In this document: positions 8,780-15,747 of the stretch, in pieces
How the letters are laid out: every line of letters begins with the position of its first letter
Numbering within the stretch: position 1 is the stretch's first letter
Source: an uncultured bacterium
GTDB lineage: Bacteria; Hydrogenedentota; Hydrogenedentia; Hydrogenedentales; JAEUWI01
DNA length: 17,272 bases
Reading direction: 5' to 3'
Assembly: GCA_963977445.1 (NCBI GenBank)
Contig: CAXBPH010000145.1
Span: forward strand, 1-17,272
The notes under the pieces: generated by a model
Told to the model about the DNA's origin: nothing
The model's database searches: none
Seen by the model: only the letters and a program-made list of their open reading frames with translations
Position numbers and translations under genes: made by a program

Positions 8780-9061
8780 CTATTCATCGAGCGTCTGGTG
8801 GGACGAATGAGACTTCTTGTGAACCCAGTCGACATCCTTCTTTGGAATATCCAGTCGCGTGTAGGCGTAGTGATGAAGGGCGCAAAAATAGTCTGATATG
8901 GACATGTTAAGTCCGTTAGCCGTTTCCCTGATTTCATCAAATTCCTGATCGGTCAGATGAAAGGTGAGTCGTTTCGACTTCCGTTCATGGGCACGAATAC
9001 GTCCTGAGTGGACGTGAGACAACGCCAATTCAATCTTCTTCTCAGAAGATTCCTTATCCAT
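8780..9061 (-). CDS. small hypothetical protein with ribbon-helix-helix (MobC/NikA/CopG-like) DNA-binding signature
   Basis: KSKRLTFHLTDQEFDEIRETANGLNMSISDYF fits the RHH pattern of an alternating beta strand, LT-x-x-E helix A, and MSISDY helix B. ATG at 9061 follows a G-rich SD-like stretch. Confidence 0.65.
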   Translation of the reverse strand: MDKESSEKKIELALSHVHSGRIRAHERKSKRLTFHLTDQEFDEIRETANGLNMSISDYFCALHHYAYTRLDIPKKDVDWVHKKSHSSHQTLDE

Positions 9062-9159
9062 ATTCCCAACCCCTCTTATAGCGTATCGCACACTTCAATA
9101 CGTAAATTATTACTGTTTCAAAGTTGACGGAAAGGAGCCGAGCCCCGCCCCGGTGTAGA

Positions 9160-9786
9160 TTAGGCGCCGGTAGCCTCCGAGCCCGTTCGCGTCAATGGGT
9201 AAGACGCCTCCTCCACGAGATGGGCACCACAGGTTGCTTCCTCCAGCGCCCAGCGGCCGTGGTCTACGTTGGCAATGGAAACCGTTGCATTCCCTGCACC
9301 GACCCCTTCGCTGGCAGTCGCACCAAAAAACTCGGAAACAAAGGCCTGACAAACCATGCCATGGGAGACAACGGCCAGATTCTTGCATTGATTTTCATAG
9401 CATTCTCCGATCCGTGTAAAGGTCTCCCGCACACGAGCCCGAAACTCTGCCATAGCTTCCCCACCAACCGGAACGAATGATTCGTCGGTGAAAAATTCAG
9501 GAGCGGCATCATAGGAGGACTCCACCAGTTCACCTGGATCCCGTTCCCGCAAACCAACGTCGTAGGCCATAGATGCCCCGGTACGTGCGGCAACAATACA
9601 CCCCGTCATTACCGCGCGCCGCAAGTCACTACACACAATTTGGTCGATTCCCTCGTCCATAAACCGACGGGCAAGTAGGTCCGCTTGCCGAATACCCCGA
9701 TCATTCAGGGGCACTTCCTGGTAGCCCTGCATCTTGCGGGCACGGTTATAATCGGTTTCCCCGTGTCGGATTACGAAAACTCGCAC
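9160..9786 (-). CDS. histidine phosphatase superfamily protein (phosphoglycerate mutase-like, CobC/GpmB type)
   Basis: IRHGETDYN, SDLRRA, LRERDPG and VSHG motifs. GTG start at 9786 with AAGGAG SD just upstream. Confidence 0.92.
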   Translation of the reverse strand: MRVFVIRHGETDYNRARKMQGYQEVPLNDRGIRQADLLARRFMDEGIDQIVCSDLRRAVMTGCIVAARTGASMAYDVGLRERDPGELVESSYDAAPEFFTDESFVPVGGEAMAEFRARVRETFTRIGECYENQCKNLAVVSHGMVCQAFVSEFFGATASEGVGAGNATVSIANVDHGRWALEEATCGAHLVEEASYPLTRTGSEATGA

Positions 9787-9840
9787 GACAGCTCCTTTTG
9801 AACAATAAAGCGCACAAGTGTCTCCCATATCCAATTACAG

Positions 9841-9856
9841 ATCTGTGCGCACGGAT
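9841..9856. promoter_or_regulatory. palindromic candidate upstream activator sequence (enhancer) for the sigma54 promoter
   Basis: ATCTGTGC|GCACGGAT is a 16-bp inverted repeat with one mismatched pair, bracketed by CAATT...AATTG. It is centred about 100 bp upstream of the -24 element. Confidence 0.5.
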
Positions 9857-9944
9857 GGAATTGCTGCTACGCGCCACACGCATAAACGGGCCCCGCTATT
9901 GCTATACGTTGATGGACCGGCGCTATTCATTCTGGGTCGGTTCA

Positions 9945-9961
9945 CTGGCACTATACTTGCT
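9945..9961 (+). promoter_or_regulatory. sigma54 (RpoN) -24/-12 promoter upstream of the Pat-type gene
   Basis: CTGGCACTATACTTGCT matches YTGGCAC-N5-TTGCW with exact GG-N10-GC spacing. It is intergenic, correctly oriented and about 100 bp before the start codon. Confidence 0.85.
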
Positions 9962-10062
9962 GTATCTTGTGAACAGCTATGTTATGATAGCCCTTGATCT
10001 TGGCGATATCAACTACCACTTACCGAAGTTAACACTTCTACGTTCAGTCGGGAGCAATAATC

Positions 10063-12816
10063 GTGGCGTCCACCAGTCCATCCTCCGAAAAAAACTTCTC
10101 CGCGGATAAAAACCTCAGTCGTATGGGTCTGGGCAGTATTGAGGCCATTTTCAATCCGAAAACGGTTGCCCTCATCGGCGCTACCGAGAAGCCCGGCAGC
10201 GTTGGCCGCACAATACTCTGGAATCTCATCAGCAACCCCTTTGGCGCGACCATCTACGCGGTAAACCCGAAACGGGCCAATGTACTCGGAATCAAGGCCT
10301 ATCCGAGCATTTCGGATGTTCCGGAACACGTCGATCTCGCCATACTGGTGACGCCCGCCTCGTCTATCCCTGGACTGGTCCGAGAATGCGTCCAGGCGGC
10401 CGTCAAGGGTGCCATTATTATCTCCGCTGGTTTCAAAGAAGTTGGTGAAGAAGGCATCGCCCTGGAATCGGAAGTGCTGGAGGCCGCCCGTCAAGGTAAC
10501 ATGCGTATACTCGGCCCCAATTGCCTCGGCCTCATGAATCCCGTAAGCGGTATGAACGCCACCTTTGCCAGCACCATCGCCCGCCCGGGTAGCGTCGGCT
10601 TCATCAGCCAGAGTGGCGCCCTGTGCACGTCCATCCTCGATTGGAGTCACCAGACCAATGTGGGGTTCAGCGCCTTCGTTTCTATCGGCTCCATGCTCGA
10701 TGTGGACTGGGGCGATCTCATCTATTATCTTGGCGACGACCCCCATACAAAAAGTATCGTCATCTACATGGAATCCATCGGCAACGCCCGGTCTTTTCTC
10801 TCGGCCGCCCGCGAAGTGGCTCTGAGTAAGCCCATCATCGTAATCAAAGCGGGCCAGACCGATGCGGCCGCACAGGCAGCCGCTTCGCATACGGGTTCTC
10901 TGGCCGGTAGCGATGGCGTGCTTTCGGCAGCCTTTCGCCGCAGTGGCGTTTCCCGTGTATATAGTATCGACAGCCTCTTCCACATGGCCGAAGTATTGGA
11001 AAAACAGCCCCGCCCCCGAGGGCCACGTCTTACCATACTCACCAATGCCGGTGGGCCGGGCGTGCTGGCTACCGACGCCGTCATCAGCGATGGTGGTGAA
11101 CTCGCGGATCTGGCACCCGAAACTATCGAAAAACTCGACGCCGTATTGCCCGGAGCCTGGAGCCATGGTAATCCCATTGACATATTGGGCGATGCCGATC
11201 CGGAACGCTACGCAAAAGCCCTGGAGATCGCCGCGCAGGATCCCAATAGCGATGGCCTCCTGGTGATCCTTACCCCACAGGCAATGACCGATCCCACCAA
11301 AACGGCCGAAAAACTTGCCCAAGTGCGTATGCCTCCCCGTAAGCCACTCCTTGCAAGCTGGATGGGCGGAGCCGATGTGGAAGCCGGTGATGCCATACTG
11401 AACGCCCACGATATCCCCACCTTTGACTATCCTGATATGGCGGCCCGGGTTTTTAACCTCATGTGGCGTTATAACTACAACATTTCTGGGCTCTATGAAA
11501 CGCCGGCCCTCCCCGCTGACGACGCACTGAAAAGCCCCGATCGGGACACGGTCGCCAAACTGATTAATTCCGCCCGCGCCGCAGGTCATACGACCTTACC
11601 CGAACACGAATCGAAGAAAATACTTGCTGCCTATGGCATCCCCATTGTCCCGACAGAAGTCGCCAACAGTGCGGAGGAAGCGGTCGAAATCGCCGAGACA
11701 ATGGGCTACCCCGTCGTCCTCAAGCTCTATTCCAATACCATCACCCACAAGACCGATGTGGGCGGCGTACAATTGAATCTAAAGTCGGCCAAGACCGTTA
11801 CCGGTGCCTATGAAAGTATTCGACAGGGCGTTACTGAGAAAGTCGGGGCAGAGCACTTCGAGGGCGTTGTCGTCCAGCCCATGGTTCAAAACGAAGGCTA
11901 TGAAATCATTATCGGCAGCAGTATTGACCCTCAGTTCGGTCCTGTGCTCTTGTTTGGAGCCGGGGGCGAACTGGTTGAGGTCTTTAAGGACAGTGCCCTT
12001 GGCCTTCCCCCACTCAATACCACACTCGCACGACGAATGATGGAACAGACAAAGATCTATACGGCGTTAAAGGGTGTGCGCGGAAGAAAACCCGTTGATC
12101 TCAATGCCCTGGAACAGCTGCTTGTTAAATTCAGCAAACTCGTTGTGGAGCAACCCTGGATCAAGGAAATTGATATTAATCCCCTGTTGGCTTCGCCCGA
12201 TGGCCTCCTGGCACTCGATGGGCGCGTATTGTTACACGGACTGGACGTAGACGAAGCGGACCTCCCACGATTGGCAATACGCCCTTACCCCCTCGAATAC
12301 AGCAATGACTGGACCACTAAGAAAGGGGAGACCGTTCATATCCGCCCCATCTTGTCTGAGGACGAGCCCGCCATGGTTGACTTCCACAAGACTTTGTCAA
12401 CCGACACCGTCTATTCCCGGTATCTTGGACTCATCTCCCTGGATCAGCGGGTCAGTCATGAACGCTTAACGCGTCTTTGCTACATCGACTACGACCGACA
12501 GATAGCTTTGGTGGCGCTCCGCAATAACGAGAAAACCGGTGGAAAAGATATCGTCGCCGTTGGCCGCCTCATGAAAGAGCATAGCCGACGGGAAGGCGAA
12601 TTCGCCATGGTGGTCAGCGACGCCTTTCAGGGACATGGTCTGGGCTCCGAATTACTTCAACGCCTTGTAGATATGGGCCGTAAAGAAGGGCTATCCCGAA
12701 TTACCGGAACCGTCCTTGCCGATAACCGGGCCATGCTCCACGTATGCCAGAAGATTGGTTTCACCCTGAACAAAAAGACGGGCGATCCCACCGAAGTCTC
12801 CATCGACATCGCCTAA
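10063..12816 (+). CDS. pat: acyl-CoA synthetase (NDP-forming)-like / GNAT fusion, protein lysine acetyltransferase Pat/Pka family
   Basis: CoA-binding domain (ALIGAT...YAVNPK, GPNCLG), [34 protein letters not shown]-grasp (YPVVLK...[15 protein letters not shown]) and C-terminal GNAT (IRPI...[15 protein letters not shown]). GTG start after GGGAG; the ATG at 10123 is an alternative. Confidence 0.92.
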   Translation: MASTSPSSEKNFSADKNLSRMGLGSIEAIFNPKTVALIGATEKPGSVGRTILWNLISNPFGATIYAVNPKRANVLGIKAYPSISDVPEHVDLAILVTPASSIPGLVRECVQAAVKGAIIISAGFKEVGEEGIALESEVLEAARQGNMRILGPNCLGLMNPVSGMNATFASTIARPGSVGFISQSGALCTSILDWSHQTNVGFSAFVSIGSMLDVDWGDLIYYLGDDPHTKSIVIYMESIGNARSFLSAAREVALSKPIIVIKAGQTDAAAQAAASHTGSLAGSDGVLSAAFRRSGVSRVYSIDSLFHMAEVLEKQPRPRGPRLTILTNAGGPGVLATDAVISDGGELADLAPETIEKLDAVLPGAWSHGNPIDILGDADPERYAKALEIAAQDPNSDGLLVILTPQAMTDPTKTAEKLAQVRMPPRKPLLASWMGGADVEAGDAILNAHDIPTFDYPDMAARVFNLMWRYNYNISGLYETPALPADDALKSPDRDTVAKLINSARAAGHTTLPEHESKKILAAYGIPIVPTEVANSAEEAVEIAETMGYPVVLKLYSNTITHKTDVGGVQLNLKSAKTVTGAYESIRQGVTEKVGAEHFEGVVVQPMVQNEGYEIIIGSSIDPQFGPVLLFGAGGELVEVFKDSALGLPPLNTTLARRMMEQTKIYTALKGVRGRKPVDLNALEQLLVKFSKLVVEQPWIKEIDINPLLASPDGLLALDGRVLLHGLDVDEADLPRLAIRPYPLEYSNDWTTKKGETVHIRPILSEDEPAMVDFHKTLSTDTVYSRYLGLISLDQRVSHERLTRLCYIDYDRQIALVALRNNEKTGGKDIVAVGRLMKEHSRREGEFAMVVSDAFQGHGLGSELLQRLVDMGRKEGLSRITGTVLADNRAMLHVCQKIGFTLNKKTGDPTEVSIDIA

Positions 12817-12843
12817 AGCCGCCTTTGACAATTGGAAGCGCAG

Positions 12844-12856
12844 GTCTCGGACGCGC
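12844..12856 (+). repeat. 13-bp direct repeat, copy 1 (GTCTCGGACGCGC)
   Basis: Identical to 13885-13897. The two copies flank the beta-propeller gene. Confidence 0.6.
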
Positions 12857-12857
12857 C

Positions 12858-12886
12858 TAAGGTGGGCGGCCCGTCCGCCACCCTTA
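12858..12886. terminator. GC-rich imperfect hairpin between convergent genes
   Basis: TAAGGTGGGCGG-CCCGT-CCGCCACCCTTA overlaps the stop codon of the minus-strand gene. No clear U-tract. Confidence 0.4.
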
Positions 12887-13846
12887 ACGCATCAAGGGGG
12901 CCACACGTATTCCGTTGGTGGTGATGATATGTACTTCGTGGGCGTGTGCCGTGGGATGGAAAAACTCCCAGACCACTTCTTTATCCCGCGTTACTTCAAA
13001 GACCTTGGGCATGTTCGGATCTTTCTGAGCGTAACTGCAAATGACCATATTGTTATTGGGCATTCGTTGTCCGCCACACGGATCGCTCAGCCGCCCACCC
13101 ACTTGACTGTTGTCGAGATACCAGACGACTTCATTATCGGGGCCAAATTCGGCAACGCGGTTTCCGTGGGTCAGGTTCACATGGATATTCCCGTTGGGCA
13201 GCAAGATAGCCGTAAAGGGCCAGCTGTCTTCATCTCGATTTCCAAAGAGGGGTAAGTCCGTGGGAATCTCCCGTATGACTTCACCAGCGGGAGTGTATTC
13301 CTTCACTTTGAAGGCAAGGAGATGGGGCACAATATAATTACCATTGGGCAGTTTCCGTGCCATCCGAGTCTGCATGTGATCATTGTCGGTATCCGGCTGA
13401 AGGGGCACTTCCACCTGGATGGCTCCATCGGCCCCGACTTCGAGAATACGGGGCTTGGCTCCCCGTTCAACGATCATGGTGTTGCCATTTTCCAGACGAA
13501 ATACGGTGCCCAATTCCTTGTTGACGGGGTCGAGTTCATAGGTCCACACGACCTCTTCCGTTCCGGCTTTGTATTCACGGGCCGCATTATCAATAGAGAG
13601 TAGAACGTTACCATTTTCCAGGACATACCCATCCCGTGAGTAGCCCTTTACTTCCCAGGTTAGCTCACTGGCTTCGTTGAACAGATAGGTTCCCGTGCCC
13701 CCGGTAATCAACAGAGAGTGCGTAATTCCCTGCGAACTTTCCTGTCGGATCGGTGCCTTCTCGGCGGCCTGGGCGGCGCTGGGTAGCGATACCAGAAGCC
13801 CCATCAATATCGTATTGTGAATAAGCTGCACTACGCGTCGCATCAT
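12884..13846 (-). CDS. secreted beta-propeller protein (PQQ-like/arylsulfotransferase-like repeats), function unknown
   Basis: Signal peptide ending SAAQA. Repeated blades (LENGNVLL, LENGNTMI, LPNGNYIV, LPNGNIHV, MPNNNMVI) with E/V-V-W motifs. GGGAG SD. Confidence 0.8.
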   Translation of the reverse strand: MMRRVVQLIHNTILMGLLVSLPSAAQAAEKAPIRQESSQGITHSLLITGGTGTYLFNEASELTWEVKGYSRDGYVLENGNVLLSIDNAAREYKAGTEEVVWTYELDPVNKELGTVFRLENGNTMIVERGAKPRILEVGADGAIQVEVPLQPDTDNDHMQTRMARKLPNGNYIVPHLLAFKVKEYTPAGEVIREIPTDLPLFGNRDEDSWPFTAILLPNGNIHVNLTHGNRVAEFGPDNEVVWYLDNSQVGGRLSDPCGGQRMPNNNMVICSYAQKDPNMPKVFEVTRDKEVVWEFFHPTAHAHEVHIITTNGIRVAPLMR

Positions 13847-13884
13847 TTGCTCTCTCCCGCTTCAGGCCAATACCATTTCTACGC

Positions 13885-13897
13885 GTCTCGGACGCGC
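13885..13897 (+). repeat. 13-bp direct repeat, copy 2 (GTCTCGGACGCGC), within the hairpin CGCGTC-TCG-GACGCG
   Basis: Identical to 12844-12856. Confidence 0.6.
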
Positions 13898-13901
13898 GAT
13901 G

Positions 13902-13931
13902 ACCCTAACATAGGACTGGGAAGACGTGCAA
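13902..13931 (-). promoter_or_regulatory. possible sigma70 promoter for the beta-propeller gene
   Basis: Minus strand TTGCAC-18 nt-TAGGGT with a TG extended -10. Pattern match only. Confidence 0.3.
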
Positions 13932-13957
13932 TTCGTTTGGATATAAACCCGTGCCCG

Positions 13958-15724
13958 TCACGACGGAACGCCGGGACGATGCAGCTTGTAGGTACGAATA
14001 CGATGGTAAAGCGTATTGCGCGCGACGCCCAACAAGCGCGCGCTCTTTGCAACATTCCAATCCGTTTGCTCCAGGGCTTCAAGGATTCGGACGCGCTCAT
14101 AATCCTCCGAGCGCGGCAAATCATCGCCTATGGGACCATTCACTTTGGACGGACTATTGGAAATCGAAGAACCTGGTCCTTTGGCAATCTCTGGAGGCAG
14201 ATGTTCCGGTTGGATAATGGAATCGTGGCAAACGATGAAGGCCCGCTCGAGACAATTCTCCAGTTCGCGGACGTTTCCGAACCAGGGATAGGGTACAAGC
14301 AGATCAAGGGCCGCCGGGGAGAGACCGGAGATTTCCTTCTTAAACGTCGTATTGAACTTCTTGCAAAGATGATCAATCAGCAAGGGAATATCGGCGCGTC
14401 GCTCCCGTAGTGCTGGCAGTTCAAGGCGCACTACATTCAGCCGGTAATACAGGTCTTCTCTGAAGGAATTTTCTTCAATCTTTCGAACCAGATTCTGATT
14501 GGTTGAGGCAATAATCCGTACATCCACTTGTACAGGGCGTGTATCACCCACCCGTTCAAATTCTCGTTCCTGCAACACCCGAAGCAAACGTAGTTGCAGG
14601 CGGGGAGAGACATCACCAATTTCATCGAGAAGTATGGTCCCACGATTTGCGGCCTCGAAACGTCCGACTCGGTCACGGACGGCCCCGGTGAATGCCCCTT
14701 TAACGTGACCGAACAATTCACTTTCCAGAATGTCCTCTGCCAGGGCGGCACAGTTAACTTTAATGAAGGGGCCATTGGCGCGGTGGCTCGTGTAGTGGAG
14801 CGCCGCCGCGACAAGTTCTTTGCCGGTGCCACTCTCACCGTAAATCAGGACGGTGGAATCAGTCTCGGCGACATTCTCGATAAGATTGAAGACCTCCAGC
14901 ATTTTGGAGGACTTCCCTATCATGCTCTGGTACTGATGACTGGAGGCCAACTGTTTTTCGAGTCGGGTAATTCGGGTCAGATCCCGAATCACAAGCACAG
15001 CACCCCCAGAGGCGGGCCCACCGGATTCCAATGGCGTGGTCGACATGACAAAGACCTTCTCACCACTCCGTGGGAGTGTTGCCTCCACACGAAATTCCTC
15101 CACCTCGTTTCTCGTGCTCAAGGTAGTAGAGAGCGCCTCACCCGCTTTCTTTAACAAACCAGCGAAGATACTATCCGCGGGTTTCCCGGCCATCTCCTCC
15201 ATATCTTCCCCCAGCATCTGACTTGCTGCCAGATTGACCTGACGGACAACGCCGGTCGCATCAACCGTAACTATACCCTCTTTTACGGCGTGAAAAAGTG
15301 CTTCCAGTTCTCGGCGATAGGAATCCATACGCGATGCGTAGTCATCTCGTTCTGCCAACAAATGGAGGCGATCCACGGCCATGCGAACAACACGCTTTAA
15401 GGCGTCACCGGTAACGGGTTTGGAAAGATAATCGAAGGCCCCCAGCCGCACCGCCTCGGTGGCGGTCTCAATACTTGGTTCCCCCGTTATCATGATCACC
15501 ATGGTTTCGGGGGAATTCTTACGAAAATATCGCAGTATGTCTACCCCCGTCTCTCCGCCCAAAACGATGTCGGTCACAACCACATCAAAGTGATCCTCTT
15601 CCAGATGTCGCACCGCCTCGGCATAATTCTCTGCGGCGCGGACAGAGTAACCCGCATCTTCCAGAAAACGGGCAAAAGTCAAGCGAAGTACCGCCTCATC
15701 TTCGACTATCAATACATTACACAT
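13958..15724 (-). CDS. sigma54-dependent response regulator (NtrC/AtoC/ZraR-like enhancer-binding protein), REC-PAS-AAA+-Fis HTH
   Basis: Receiver (LIVEDE, VVTDIVL, AFDYLSKP), PAS-like segment (EGIVTVDATG...VNLAAS...VLVIRDLT), Walker A GESGTGKE, ESELFGH..GAFTGA, Walker B LLDEIG, FREDLYYRLNV, and HTH WNVAKSARLLGVARNTLY. ATG at 15724. Confidence 0.95.
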   Translation of the reverse strand: MCNVLIVEDEAVLRLTFARFLEDAGYSVRAAENYAEAVRHLEEDHFDVVVTDIVLGGETGVDILRYFRKNSPETMVIMITGEPSIETATEAVRLGAFDYLSKPVTGDALKRVVRMAVDRLHLLAERDDYASRMDSYRRELEALFHAVKEGIVTVDATGVVRQVNLAASQMLGEDMEEMAGKPADSIFAGLLKKAGEALSTTLSTRNEVEEFRVEATLPRSGEKVFVMSTTPLESGGPASGGAVLVIRDLTRITRLEKQLASSHQYQSMIGKSSKMLEVFNLIENVAETDSTVLIYGESGTGKELVAAALHYTSHRANGPFIKVNCAALAEDILESELFGHVKGAFTGAVRDRVGRFEAANRGTILLDEIGDVSPRLQLRLLRVLQEREFERVGDTRPVQVDVRIIASTNQNLVRKIEENSFREDLYYRLNVVRLELPALRERRADIPLLIDHLCKKFNTTFKKEISGLSPAALDLLVPYPWFGNVRELENCLERAFIVCHDSIIQPEHLPPEIAKGPGSSISNSPSKVNGPIGDDLPRSEDYERVRILEALEQTDWNVAKSARLLGVARNTLYHRIRTYKLHRPGVPS

Positions 15725-15747
15725 AGGCTTTATTTCCCTCAATCACT

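Noticed and set aside
9160..9786. Histidine phosphatase as a SixA-like phospho-His eraser for Pat or the kinase
   Set aside because: Length and motifs (RHGETDYN, LRE..G) fit the CobC/GpmB small-molecule phosphatase branch. Adjacency is the only support.
9994..10012. TTGAT...ATCAA inverted repeat resembling an FNR/FixK box in the pat leader
   Set aside because: The spacer is 9 nt rather than the required 4 nt, and it lies downstream of the predicted TSS. At most it is a weak RNA hairpin.
9798..10109. 103-aa ORF across the phosphatase/pat spacer
   Set aside because: TTG start without an SD. It overlaps the sigma54 promoter, the enhancer candidate and the pat start, so the region is better explained as regulatory DNA.
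10009..11589. 526-aa antisense ORF opposite the Pat-type gene
   Set aside because: It shadows a well-conserved gene in GC-rich DNA and shows no recognisable motifs or SD. Long antisense ORFs arise from codon bias.
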